64,000 nucleotides of DNA from Sphingorhabdus sp. (GCA_028279555.1 JANQNO010000006.1:55837-119836), one strand, 5' to 3'. Numbered from the stretch's first letter, positions 26,632 to 35,820 are shown. Made by a program: numbers and translations. The notes: generated by a model not told the origin, from the letters alone.

Positions 26632-26997
26632 ATGAGCCAGAAAATAATGATCGTCGAGGATAATGAGCTCAATCTGAAGCTCTTTACCGACCTTCTGAAA
26701 GCGCATGGCTACAAGGTGGATGGCATCAAGGATGGCCGCCTCGCGCTCGAACAGGCCCGGATGTTTCAGCCCGACCTGATCATCATGGATATTCAGCTAC
26801 CGCATATTTCGGGCCTCGACCTGATTGCGGCCATGCAGCGCGATGATGCTCTTAAATCCGTGCCGATTCTCGCTGTCACCGCCTATGCGGCCAAAGGCGA
26901 TGAAGAGAAAATCCGCGCCGCCGGCGCGCGCGGCTATCTCTCAAAGCCGGTTCCGGTTGCAAAATTCCTCGAAGGCGTGAAGGCGATATTGGGATGA
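26632..26997 (+). CDS. divK: Single-domain response regulator, DivK-like
   Basis: By eye it matches Caulobacter DivK strongly (IVEDNELN.KLF.DLL.A.GY......G..AL......PDLI.MDIQLP.ISGL......DD.L...P..AVTA.A.KGDEE.IR..G...Y.SKP). Confidence 0.75.
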   Translation: MSQKIMIVEDNELNLKLFTDLLKAHGYKVDGIKDGRLALEQARMFQPDLIIMDIQLPHISGLDLIAAMQRDDALKSVPILAVTAYAAKGDEEKIRAAGARGYLSKPVPVAKFLEGVKAILG

Positions 26998-27359
26998 AGC
27001 TGCTCAAAAACACCAATCTCGTCATTCTGGTTTTCCTGTTCCTGCTCAGCCTGGTGGCGGGCGGGGCCAAGCTTTTCGAACAGCCGCAAGAGATCAAATT
27101 TTTTGCTGATGCTGGGGTTGGCAGGGAATGGATAATCCCGATGGGCGCTATGCAGATGCTGGGCGCATGTGTCGCTTTGCTGGACCGTATGAAGCATATC
27201 GGCATCGCGATCATGGGCGCGTGTTTTCTGCTTTCCACCATCATGATCTTCATGACCGGTAACAGCCTGCTGGCGGTTTTCTCGCTGCTGCCTGTTATTC
27301 TGTCGGTCGTGCTATTGGTTCGGCTTCGCGGTGTGGAAGCGCCCGACGATCGCGGCTGA
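26994..27359 (+). CDS. Small integral membrane protein (about 4 TM, DoxX-like)
   Basis: ATGA overlap with the divK-like stop. Four hydrophobic segments. No specific family recognised. Confidence 0.5.
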   Translation: MKLLKNTNLVILVFLFLLSLVAGGAKLFEQPQEIKFFADAGVGREWIIPMGAMQMLGACVALLDRMKHIGIAIMGACFLLSTIMIFMTGNSLLAVFSLLPVILSVVLLVRLRGVEAPDDRG

Positions 27360-27369
27360 AGTCCCTGCT

Positions 27370-28323
27370 TTAGCGAATCTTCTGCAACGTGCCGGTTACC
27401 GAATAGATGGTACGGATGCCGACATGCGCGCCGCCGCCGATGACATGCACTTCGCCAGCGCCATCATCGCCAACGGCAAATCCGTGGCGCGGCTGAGGCA
27501 TCGGCTTGCCTGCCGACCATCTCAAGGTCTCCAGATCGAGAATGTCGTGACCGGGCAGCAATTTTCCTTCGCTAAGGGATTCGCCTCCAAAGACATGCAG
27601 CCTGCCATCCCGCACAAATGCGCCATGCCCGCCGCGGCCAACCGGCATATCGGGCAGGGTTTCCCAGCTATTGGCCGCAATGTCATAGAGCTCGACCACG
27701 TCGATCTCGCTGCCCAGCTTCGCGCTCCGCCCGCCGGTGATGTATAATTTGTCGCCGTCCAGCGCGTAGGCATGGCTGTGCCGCGGCGTCGGCATGGCAG
27801 CGAGATTTTTCCATTCGCCGCCGGCAATTTCATAGGACCAGACCCGCGCCAGATCCTGCGTTCCGCTCTGCCCGCCCACCAGATAGAGTCTGCCGCTATG
27901 ATAGGCCATAATATGCTGCCCGATGGGATGCGGCAGCTTTGCGATCTCGCTCCATTTGCCGCGCGCGACGTCGTAGGCGAACAGGCCAGCCTCATGATCC
28001 TGTTCGAAAGGAAGCGCGACATAGCCACCCGACGCATAGATGCGCTTGCCATCGGACGCCATCGCGGCATGGTGGAGCGCGCGAGGAAGCGGCGCGCAGC
28101 TTTGCCAGCGCTTTTTCGCAGTGTCGTAGACCTCGCAGCTATCCAGCACACGGAAGAGGCCGATCCCTCCAGCGACATAGATTTTGCCATCGAGCGTCGC
28201 GGCATGGATTTCCGATCGCGGATGCTCCATCCCGTCATTCCAGCCGGCCGCCTCTCTGAACAGGAAAAACCCGCCTGCGAGCAGGGCCAGAATTGCGGGA
28301 ACAATCACGAGCAGTTTCTTCAT
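27370..28323 (-). CDS. Secreted Kelch-repeat beta-propeller protein
   Basis: Signal peptide plus about six repeats of the ..G.(I/L)Y(V/I).GG.. / W...A.(M/L)P..R pattern. Confidence 0.75.
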   Translation of the reverse strand: MKKLLVIVPAILALLAGGFFLFREAAGWNDGMEHPRSEIHAATLDGKIYVAGGIGLFRVLDSCEVYDTAKKRWQSCAPLPRALHHAAMASDGKRIYASGGYVALPFEQDHEAGLFAYDVARGKWSEIAKLPHPIGQHIMAYHSGRLYLVGGQSGTQDLARVWSYEIAGGEWKNLAAMPTPRHSHAYALDGDKLYITGGRSAKLGSEIDVVELYDIAANSWETLPDMPVGRGGHGAFVRDGRLHVFGGESLSEGKLLPGHDILDLETLRWSAGKPMPQPRHGFAVGDDGAGEVHVIGGGAHVGIRTIYSVTGTLQKIR

Positions 28324-28341
28324 CGGCTGCGCTTATGACAC

Positions 28342-28371
28342 AAAAAAGAGGCACCCGCAGGTGCCCCTCTT
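28342..28371 (-). terminator. Rho-independent terminator downstream of rplT
   Basis: The minus strand reads gaggggcacc-tgcg-ggtgcctc followed by tttttt. Confidence 0.7.
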
Positions 28372-28394
28372 TGATCTCGGTTTTCTGATGCTGC

Positions 28395-28760
28395 TCAGGC
28401 GGCTTTTTCCAGCGCGCCCTTCGCCTGATCGATGATGCCTTTGAAAATCTCGCCCTCATGCATCGCGAGATCGGCAAGCACCTTGCGGTCCAGCTCCACA
28501 CCGGCCAGCTTCAGACCGTGCATGAAGCGGCCATAGGTCAGGCCTTCCTGGCGCACAGCAGCATTGATACGCTGAATCCACAGCGAACGGAAATTGCGCT
28601 TTTTGACCTTGCGGTCGCGGTAGGCATATTGCCCAGCCTTCTCGACCGCCTGACGCGCAATGCGGATGGTATTCTTGCGGCGGCCATAATAGCCCTTCGC
28701 CTGCTTCAATACGCGCTTGTGTTTCGCGCGGGTGGTAACGCCTCTTTTTATGCGTGCCAT
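28395..28760 (-). CDS. rplT: 50S ribosomal protein L20
   Basis: [30 protein letters not shown]. Confidence 0.95.
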   Translation of the reverse strand: MARIKRGVTTRAKHKRVLKQAKGYYGRRKNTIRIARQAVEKAGQYAYRDRKVKKRNFRSLWIQRINAAVRQEGLTYGRFMHGLKLAGVELDRKVLADLAMHEGEIFKGIIDQAKGALEKAA

Positions 28761-28790
28761 AATCTATATCCTTGAATAACTTGAAACAGA

Positions 28791-28860
28791 CCGTTCGTGC
28801 TGAGCTTGTCGAAGTATGAACGGTCAGGGTGTCGTCCTTCGACAGGCTCAGGACGAACGG
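28791..28860. repeat. REP-like hairpin, family A, within the rpmI-rplT intercistronic region
   Basis: A 24-bp inverted repeat ccgttcgtgctgagcttgtcgaag / cttcgacaggctcaggacgaacgg (2 mismatches) with a 22-nt loop. Confidence 0.75.
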
Positions 28861-28872
28861 GATCGGAAGATC

Positions 28873-29076
28873 TTACTTGAGCCCGTAAGGTGCCCATTTC
28901 TTGATCACTTTGGCATCGGCGTCGCTGATGACGCTGGTGCCGCGATTCTGGCGGATATATTTGCCATTATGGCTGATGAGGCGGTGGCGCTTGCCGGCCA
29001 CGCCATGCTTTACCTTGCCGGTGGCGGTGAGCTTGAAGCGTTTCTTCACACCGCTCTTGGTCTTGAGCTTGGGCAT
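28873..29076 (-). CDS. rpmI: 50S ribosomal protein L35
   Basis: [24 protein letters not shown].. ATG at 29076 has an aggaga RBS; the track start at 29103 is an extension. Confidence 0.95.
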   Translation of the reverse strand: MPKLKTKSGVKKRFKLTATGKVKHGVAGKRHRLISHNGKYIRQNRGTSVISDADAKVIKKWAPYGLK

Positions 29077-29200
29077 TTCGGTCTCCTGTAGATTGGGTTC
29101 CATTTCAAGCGAACATGGCAGCCCTACCGGCCAGCCCGCCTATTCGGAAGGCGCGCGTATACAGGGATTCGGCGCGAATGCAAGGAAAACGCCGACGAGA

Positions 29201-29229
29201 TTGACATATAAAGAGATTATCATTATTAT
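29201..29229 (+). promoter_or_regulatory. Near-consensus sigma-70 promoter (TTGACA-17 nt-TATTAT) in front of the orphan ATPase gene
   Basis: Read directly: ttgaca tataaagagattatcat tattat. It is embedded in a very AT-rich stretch that is atypical for this genome. Confidence 0.5.
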
Positions 29230-29258
29230 CTTTATTCTATAATTCAGGTAATTTGCTT

Positions 29259-30434
29259 ATGGACCCGCGCGACAACCCTTTCGCACCCGGAGCAGGCGCT
29301 CCACCTCCAGAACTGGCCGGACGAGGTAGCCTCATCGAGAAAGCGGCCATAGCGCTTCACAGAATACGTAAAGGACGCCCCGAGCGCAGCTATATCCTGT
29401 ATGGTTTGCGAGGTGTGGGCAAGACCGTCCTACTTGGCGAAATACAAAAGAACGCTGAAGCCGAAGGCCTTTTCACCGTCAAAATAGAAGCCCCAGAGGG
29501 CAAAAGCTTGCCAGCAATCCTTGCGCCTGCCCTCAGGGCAACCATAATCAAGATGAGCAAAATTGAATCGGCCAAGAATGGAGCGAAGCGCGCTCTTCAA
29601 GCCTTGGCTGGATTTGTGAAATTGAAAGCCAGTTATGGGGACATAGAAGTAGCTGTCGAATTTGACCCTGAAACAGGACTTGCTGACAGCGGCGATCTCG
29701 ACAATGATCTTAGCGAATTGCTTGTCACCGTTGGAGAAGCTGCCGCTGAAAGAAACACTGCGGTGGTCATCTTCATCGATGAAATTCAGTATCTACCGGA
29801 AGAACAGCTCGCATCGCTCATCATGTCGCTACATCGATGTGCGCAACTTTCACTACCGGTCACCATGGTTGCCGCTGGCCTGCCGCAACTATTGGGGCAG
29901 ATGGGCAGGGCCAAATCTTACGCTGAACGATTGTTCCGTTTTGAACCAGTCGACAAGCTTGAGGAGGATTCCATAATTCAAGCGGTCCGCAATCCGGTTG
30001 AAAGAGAACATGCTTCAATAACCGACAATGCAATCGCAGAGATTGCGAAAGCCACCCACGGGTATCCATATTTCATTCAGGAATGGGGCAAGCATAGCTG
30101 GGATACTGCGGCGGATTCTCCTATCGATGCAGCCGATGTTGAAGCAGCGACGGCGGTCGCCCTTGCTGAACTGGATGCCAGTTTCTTCAGAGTAAGATTT
30201 GACCGTCTCACCCCAAAGGAAAAAGAATACATGCATGCAATGGCGGCGATGGGACCGGGACCGCACCGCTCAGGCGACATAGCCGAAGCTATGGGAAAAA
30301 GGGTAAATCAGTTAGCGCCGGTAAGAAACAGCCTCATAAAAAAAGGAATGCTTTTCAGCCCCTCGCATGGAGATACTGCTTTCACAGTCCCACTATTTGA
30401 TCAATTCATGATGAGGACGATGCAACAAAGTTAA
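29259..30434 (+). CDS. Orphan P-loop NTPase, ORC/Cdc6- or archaeal-ATPase-like, with a C-terminal winged-helix-like region
   Basis: Walker A is YGLRGVGKTVLL and Walker B is VVIFIDEIQY. The C-terminus reads RLTPKEKEYMHAMAAMGPGPHRSGDIAEAMGKRVNQLAPVRNSLIKKGML. ATG at 29259 (the track start is TTG at 29253). AT-richer than its flanks. Confidence 0.7.
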   Translation: MDPRDNPFAPGAGAPPPELAGRGSLIEKAAIALHRIRKGRPERSYILYGLRGVGKTVLLGEIQKNAEAEGLFTVKIEAPEGKSLPAILAPALRATIIKMSKIESAKNGAKRALQALAGFVKLKASYGDIEVAVEFDPETGLADSGDLDNDLSELLVTVGEAAAERNTAVVIFIDEIQYLPEEQLASLIMSLHRCAQLSLPVTMVAAGLPQLLGQMGRAKSYAERLFRFEPVDKLEEDSIIQAVRNPVEREHASITDNAIAEIAKATHGYPYFIQEWGKHSWDTAADSPIDAADVEAATAVALAELDASFFRVRFDRLTPKEKEYMHAMAAMGPGPHRSGDIAEAMGKRVNQLAPVRNSLIKKGMLFSPSHGDTAFTVPLFDQFMMRTMQQS

Positions 30435-31216
30435 TGTCCCGCCAACCCCTCCAGCACATCGTCGAGCCGCGCCGGATCGCCCAGCGCGATGATGCTTGAG
30501 CCCGCTTCATCGCCGCTTCCGGCATGCAGCGGCTCACCATTCCAGTCGCAGACCAGCCCGCCTGCCCCTTCGACGATGGGCGCGAGCGCAGCAAAATCAT
30601 GCAGCTTCAGCCCGTGTTCGACCACCAGATCGAGATGCCCGGACGCGACCAGGCCGTAATTATAGCAATCCCCGCCCCACACCACGCGGCGGTTGGTTTT
30701 GTCGGCCAGCGCCATAAAGCGCGGCGCAGTTGAATCGTCGAAATATTGCGGCGCGGAAGAGGCCAGCGTCGCTTCGCCAAGTTCGCGGCATTTCCGTGTG
30801 TTCACTGGCTTGCCGTTGAGCGTCGCACCTTCTCCTGTCACGCCGACCCAGCGCTCGCCGCTGATACATTGGTCGATCACACCCAGCAGCGGAAAGCCGT
30901 CCTGCAAGAGCGCGATCAGCGTGCCGAATATCGGGCGGCCTGCCATGAAGCTGATCGTGCCGTCGATCGGATCGAGCACCCAAGTACGCCCGCTCTTGCC
31001 ATCTTTCGCGCCATATTCCTCGCCGATGATCGCGTCGTCCGGCAGCGCCGCCTCGATGAGCTTTCGCATCGCGGCTTCGGCGGCGCGGTCGGCTTCGGTT
31101 ACCGGCGATTGGTCCGATTTCGCCTCATGCGCAAACTCTGCGCGATAGAATGGCCGTATGGCTTCACCTGCTGCATCGGCGAGCGCGTGGACGAGCTCAA
31201 TGTCATTCTGGTGCAT
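30431..31216 (-). CDS. Inositol monophosphatase-family protein (histidinol-phosphatase HisN-like)
   Basis: TEADRAAE, WVLDPIDGT and the GG.DSY..-like motif WGGDCYNYG. ATG at 31216; the track start at 31246 is an extension. Confidence 0.8.
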   Translation of the reverse strand: MHQNDIELVHALADAAGEAIRPFYRAEFAHEAKSDQSPVTEADRAAEAAMRKLIEAALPDDAIIGEEYGAKDGKSGRTWVLDPIDGTISFMAGRPIFGTLIALLQDGFPLLGVIDQCISGERWVGVTGEGATLNGKPVNTRKCRELGEATLASSAPQYFDDSTAPRFMALADKTNRRVVWGGDCYNYGLVASGHLDLVVEHGLKLHDFAALAPIVEGAGGLVCDWNGEPLHAGSGDEAGSSIIALGDPARLDDVLEGLAGH

Positions 31217-31333
31217 CAACAGTCCTTTCTGGGCCGGTTCGCCCAACGGAAATTCGCCGGGCCATGTTCAACACCGGTTAATAACGGGAAACTATCCTTG
31301 CCGTCAGAGGTTCGACAGCGGAGGAGAAAAATA

Positions 31334-31750
31334 ATGAAATTGCTTGGTTCTTTCCTGATAGTTGCATCGATGGCCGTCAGCCATCAGGCAATTGCGCAGA
31401 CCGGCTACGGATTTGGCCAGGATTCTGTAAATGTTGTGAGCGACAATTTATACGGCCTCTATGACCGGATCAACCAGCCTGATGTAGGCGAACTCTACCA
31501 CAGCGGCTATACAGATTTGCTGGAGCATCGCTTCGACAGCGCAGCTTCATTCTTTGAACAAGCAGCTTCCAGTCCAATGGCCAACCACAAGGTGGCCTAT
31601 CTTGCAGGGGCCAGCCATTTCCTAACAGGGAATGCCGACAAGGCCAGTTTTTATCTGAGGAAAGCACTGCGCGGCGGCGCATTGGCATTACCCACAGAAG
31701 ACCGCAAAATAGCGCGTGAGATGCTCGCCGAGATCAAAAGCCGCCGGTAA
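31334..31750 (+). CDS. Hypothetical secreted protein (TPR-like helical)
   Basis: ATG at 31334 follows ggaggagaaaaataatg. Signal peptide MKLLGSFLIVASMAVSHQAIA. The upstream 196 codons of the track ORF are the antisense shadow of the IMPase gene. Confidence 0.5.
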   Translation: MKLLGSFLIVASMAVSHQAIAQTGYGFGQDSVNVVSDNLYGLYDRINQPDVGELYHSGYTDLLEHRFDSAASFFEQAASSPMANHKVAYLAGASHFLTGNADKASFYLRKALRGGALALPTEDRKIAREMLAEIKSRR

Positions 31751-31883
31751 AACCGGCTGCAGGCACGAAATTTGCCCAGTGCTGGCTGGCAGATGGCTAC
31801 GCCTTTCTGCTTAACCCCGAACAGGCCGAAAGCCCTGCGAATAGCAACAGCTCCAGCGCCAGCCAGAGCTGCATCTTTCGCGG

Positions 31884-32294
31884 TCAAATTTGATCGACCG
31901 GGCTGTCTGGACGCCATGACCAGATGTAGAGAATCAGCCCGGTTATGATCACGAGCGCACAGCCAGACAGAACCCAAGCATTGGCATACCAATATACACC
32001 CCAGGTGAATTCGCCGGCCATGATCCTGTTCCAGCCATTGAAATGCTGCATGCCCGCTACAACCAGGCCCAGGACTGCAAGAGCCGAGGATATCCAGCGG
32101 TTGAGCCAGTGTTGCGGATTGAGCAGCAACATTAGTCCGAGCAGCCCGATGATCGTCCGTTGGGCGCGGCAATATGGGCAGACATAGACCCAGCCGGCAA
32201 GCTCTGTGATCCACGCGAATATGCAGATCGCTATCGCCAGTATGGCGATATGGATGCGATAGTTCATCAATTGCTCGAAGCTGGGAATAGTCAT
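31884..32294 (-). CDS. DsbB-like membrane protein with a single CxxC motif
   Basis: Four TM segments. CPYCRAQR matches the DsbB/BdbC C-x-x-C-x-x-(Q/E)-R pattern. No second periplasmic Cys pair. ATG at 32294 avoids overlap with prs. Confidence 0.45.
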   Translation of the reverse strand: MTIPSFEQLMNYRIHIAILAIAICIFAWITELAGWVYVCPYCRAQRTIIGLLGLMLLLNPQHWLNRWISSALAVLGLVVAGMQHFNGWNRIMAGEFTWGVYWYANAWVLSGCALVIITGLILYIWSWRPDSPVDQI

Positions 32295-32316
32295 ACGGGC
32301 CGAAGTTCCGATTTGC

Positions 32317-33252
32317 CTAGTCGAACAGGCTACTGACGGAGCTTTCGTCGGCAATCCGCTGCATCGCTTCACCAAGTAGCGGTGCGATCGGCAACAGGCG
32401 TATCTTCTCGCTATCCTGCGCTTCTGGCGATGCCTGGATCGTATCGGTGATCACCAGTTTTCTGAGCACCGAACTATTGACGCGCTCGACCGCCTTGCCC
32501 GACAGCACACCATGCGTGATATAGGCAGCGACATCGGTTGCGCCTGCCTCTTTCAGCGCCTCGGCGGCATTGCATAATGTGCCGGCACTGTCGGCGATAT
32601 CGTCGATCATGATGCAGAAGCGATCTTTCACATCGCCGATGATGTTCATGACTTCGGACACGCCGGCCTGCTCACGGCGTTTATCGACAATGGCGAGCGG
32701 CGCGTTGTTGAGCCGCTTTGCAAGCGCCCGCGCACGCACCACGCCGCCGACATCGGGTGACACCACCATCACGTCCTTGTCGGCATGGCGCGAGAGGATA
32801 TCTGCACTCATCACAGGCGCGCCGTAGAGATTGTCGGTCGGGATATCGAAGAAGCCCTGGATCTGACCGGCATGCAGATCAACGGTCAATACCCGGTCCG
32901 CACCAGCCTCGGTTATGAGATTGGCAACGAGTTTGGCCGAAATGGGGGTGCGCGGCCCGGGTTTTCTGTCTTGGCGCGCGTAACCAAAATAGGGCAAAAC
33001 CGCCGTAATCCGCTTGGCCGACGCGCGGCGCAGCGCATCGATGCTGATCAGTAGTTCCATCAGATTGTCATTGGCCGGATAGCTCGTCGACTGCACGACA
33101 AACACATCCTCGCCGCGCATATTTTCGTGAATCTCGACAAAAATCTCCTGATCGGCAAAGCGTCTTACGCTGGCATCGACCAGCGGCAGACCGAGATATT
33201 CGGCAATGCCTTTTGCAAGCGGCAGATTGCTGTTGCCGGCCATGATCTTCAT
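32317..33252 (-). CDS. prs: Ribose-phosphate pyrophosphokinase
   Basis: [21 protein letters not shown].., the PRPP-binding motif [11 protein letters not shown]. Confidence 0.95.
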   Translation of the reverse strand: MKIMAGNSNLPLAKGIAEYLGLPLVDASVRRFADQEIFVEIHENMRGEDVFVVQSTSYPANDNLMELLISIDALRRASAKRITAVLPYFGYARQDRKPGPRTPISAKLVANLITEAGADRVLTVDLHAGQIQGFFDIPTDNLYGAPVMSADILSRHADKDVMVVSPDVGGVVRARALAKRLNNAPLAIVDKRREQAGVSEVMNIIGDVKDRFCIMIDDIADSAGTLCNAAEALKEAGATDVAAYITHGVLSGKAVERVNSSVLRKLVITDTIQASPEAQDSEKIRLLPIAPLLGEAMQRIADESSVSSLFD

Positions 33253-33439
33253 GGAATTTCCCTTCCCCGATTCAGCCCCGTGTAACGACAGGCCTGTTAG
33301 CCGGAATGGGAAGCTGTCGACAAGGCGGGAAATGAACTTTCTGGTGAAGATTTCCCTGCAGATGCCTGCCCTTCAAATTCTCTTTCCCATCTGCTAGTCT
33401 GGTTCCGGGTCGCGATGCTAGTTGTTGGGGGAGTGACCC

Positions 33440-33922
33440 ATGTCCGTTTTATCCAGAATTTCTTTGCGTTCGTCCGCTTTCTTTGCAGCTGCGGCATTGC
33501 CAGTGGCACTTACAGCGATGACTGTTGCCGCGCCGTCCGCTTCCGCGCGCGAACTCGTGATGCACACTGCGTCTATCCCCAATAATGGCGGCCGGGTTAC
33601 GCTGGGCTATATGGAACGCGGCAAGCGCTACAAGCTCCGGGTGCGCGGCAGCACCCATTTCGGAACCTGGAAACCGACAAGGCGGGCGCTCAAGAATGAT
33701 GCCTGCTATGAATTCAATTCCGGGCGGGGTCGCGTCGCGCTTCCGGTGGTCAAGAACAACCGCAGCTTCAACCTTTGCGCGCGCGGCTACCGATCCAATC
33801 ACATTTACGAATCGCAGGTGATTTACAGCGGCAATGGCGGTGCAGTGACGTTATGGGTCTATGACAGCGACTATCGCGACAATTATGGCAGCTATTATGC
33901 CGAACTTGTGCTGATGAAGTAA
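33440..33922 (+). CDS. Hypothetical secreted protein
   Basis: Clear signal peptide (..VAAPSASA-RE) and a beta-rich mature part with two Cys. No family recognised. Confidence 0.55.
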   Translation: MSVLSRISLRSSAFFAAAALPVALTAMTVAAPSASARELVMHTASIPNNGGRVTLGYMERGKRYKLRVRGSTHFGTWKPTRRALKNDACYEFNSGRGRVALPVVKNNRSFNLCARGYRSNHIYESQVIYSGNGGAVTLWVYDSDYRDNYGSYYAELVLMK

Positions 33923-34002
33923 GGCCCGCACCCCGTTTCACCGGACACGCTCCGGGCAGAAAATGATTTGCCGCCTCGCTGCGCCCTTCCTATCAAGGGG
34001 GC

Positions 34003-35670
34003 ATGACGCAGCAGCTCATCATCGCCATGGCCCAGCTCAACCAGCGCGTGGGCGATTTGCCCGGCAATGCGGAGGCTATGTTGGAGTGGCGCGCCAAGAC
34101 CATAGAGGCTGAGCCAGCGACCGATCTTGTGGTCTACCCCGAGCAGCAGCTGATCGGCTATCCGGCCGAAGACCTCGTGCTCAAACCGGCCTTCCAAAGG
34201 GCCGCTGCATCCGAACTTGATAAACTGGCACAGGCAACATCCGATGGCGGTCCAGCGATGCTCGTCGGCAGCATCTTCGTCGAAGATGGCAAGCTCTATA
34301 ACGGCGTGGCGATCCTAGATGGCGGGAAGGCCGCAGCGGTCAGATACAAGCATGAGCTGCCCAACTATGGCACTTTTGACGAGAAACGAATTTTTGCATC
34401 GGGGTCGCTTCCCGAGCCGGTCGAGTTTCGCGGCGCAAAAATCGGCCTTCCCATCTGCGAGGATGGCTGGCTGCCCAAAGTGTCGGGGCATCTGAAGGAG
34501 CGCGGCGCGGAGTTGCTGATCAGCGTCAATGGCAGCCCCTATGAGATCGACAAGGACGAGCACCGGCTGACCGAGGTTTTTGCCGAGCGCGTCAAGGAAA
34601 CAGGCCTGCCGCTCCTTTTCCTCAACCGTGTGGGCGGCCAGGATGAGCTTGTCTTTGACGGCTGCTCCTTCGTTCTGAATGGGGATGGAAGGGCCGCCCA
34701 GCGGCTGCCCGACTGGAGCGAGGAATTATGCATCACGCGCTGGAAGCACGCAAAGGCCGGGTGGCATTGCGACGCGGGCGCGCTATCGACATGGCAGGAG
34801 CATCCCGAAGACATCTACAGCGCGATGATAATCGGCTTGCGCGACTATGTGGATACCAACCGCTTCCCGGGCGTCGTGCTCGGCCTGTCCGGCGGGATCG
34901 ATTCGGCGCTATGCGCGGCGATTGCCGCCGACGCGCTGGGGCCTGAGCGGGTCTGGTGCGTGATGCTACCCAGCCGCTTTACCAGCCAGGAAAGCCTGGA
35001 TGACGCCGCCGAATGCGCTGCGATGATCGGCTGCAAACTCGATACGATTCCCATCATGCCAGCGGTCGAGGGCTTTGACGCGATGCTGTCGGGCAGCTTT
35101 GCCGACCGCGAGGTCGACATCACCGAGGAGAATATCCAATCACGCATTCGCGGCGTCACGCTGATGGCGCTTTCGAACAAATTTGGCCACATGCTGCTGA
35201 CCACGGGCAACAAGAGCGAGATGAGCGTTGGCTATGCCACCATTTATGGCGACATGGCGGGCGGCTACAACCCGCTGAAGGATGCATACAAGATGACGGT
35301 GTTTGCGGTTTCAAAGTGGCGCAACAAACACAGGCCGCGCATTGGGCTGGGGCCGGATGGCCCAGTGATCCCGGAGAATATCATTACCAAGCCGCCCAGC
35401 GCCGAACTCCGCCCTGACCAGAAGGACAGCGACAGCCTGCCGCCCTATGAGGAACTGGACGATATTCTTCTGGGCCTTGTCGAGCAGGAGCTGGGCGTCG
35501 ATGCGGTAACCAGGCGCGGCCATGACCGCGCCACCGTCGAACGGATCGAGCGGCTCTTGTATATAGCCGAATATAAAAGGCGGCAGGCCCCTCCTGGCGT
35601 GAAACTGGGCAGCAAGAATTTTGGACGCGACCGCCGCTATCCGATCAGCAACGCTTTCAGAAGCGGGTGA
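34003..35670 (+). CDS. nadE: Glutamine-dependent NAD+ synthetase
   Basis: N-terminal nitrilase-type (CN hydrolase) domain (..LPICEDGW..) plus a C-terminal N-type ATP pyrophosphatase domain (LGLSGGIDS). Confidence 0.92.
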   Translation: MTQQLIIAMAQLNQRVGDLPGNAEAMLEWRAKTIEAEPATDLVVYPEQQLIGYPAEDLVLKPAFQRAAASELDKLAQATSDGGPAMLVGSIFVEDGKLYNGVAILDGGKAAAVRYKHELPNYGTFDEKRIFASGSLPEPVEFRGAKIGLPICEDGWLPKVSGHLKERGAELLISVNGSPYEIDKDEHRLTEVFAERVKETGLPLLFLNRVGGQDELVFDGCSFVLNGDGRAAQRLPDWSEELCITRWKHAKAGWHCDAGALSTWQEHPEDIYSAMIIGLRDYVDTNRFPGVVLGLSGGIDSALCAAIAADALGPERVWCVMLPSRFTSQESLDDAAECAAMIGCKLDTIPIMPAVEGFDAMLSGSFADREVDITEENIQSRIRGVTLMALSNKFGHMLLTTGNKSEMSVGYATIYGDMAGGYNPLKDAYKMTVFAVSKWRNKHRPRIGLGPDGPVIPENIITKPPSAELRPDQKDSDSLPPYEELDDILLGLVEQELGVDAVTRRGHDRATVERIERLLYIAEYKRRQAPPGVKLGSKNFGRDRRYPISNAFRSG

Positions 35671-35788
35671 GGAAGCGGCGTAATCTCTTAGTTGGCATGA
35701 TCTACTGAAGTGCTGGTACGGTCTGGCTTTCTCCTCTTTCAAACTCCGTGATCTTAGTCACGGCCGGCTGATGTGGTCAGTCTATAGA

Positions 35789-35815
35789 CCTCCTCAATCA
35801 CTGAAAATGAGGAGG
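35789..35815 (+). promoter_or_regulatory. Hairpin sequestering the Shine-Dalgarno sequence of the protease gene
   Basis: cctcctca (35789-35796) is the exact reverse complement of tgaggagg (35808-35815). The latter is the SD sequence, 5 nt before the ATG at 35821. The loop is 11 nt. Confidence 0.4.
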
Positions 35816-35820
35816 AAACC

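Noticed and set aside
31797-31874. 25-codon minus-strand ORF MQLWLALELLLFAGLSACSGLSRKA* just downstream of the DsbB-like gene (a lipobox-like LSAC)
   Set aside because: It is too short, has only a weak RBS (gaaag), and I have no conservation evidence available. It is noted in case ribosome profiling or comparative data become available.
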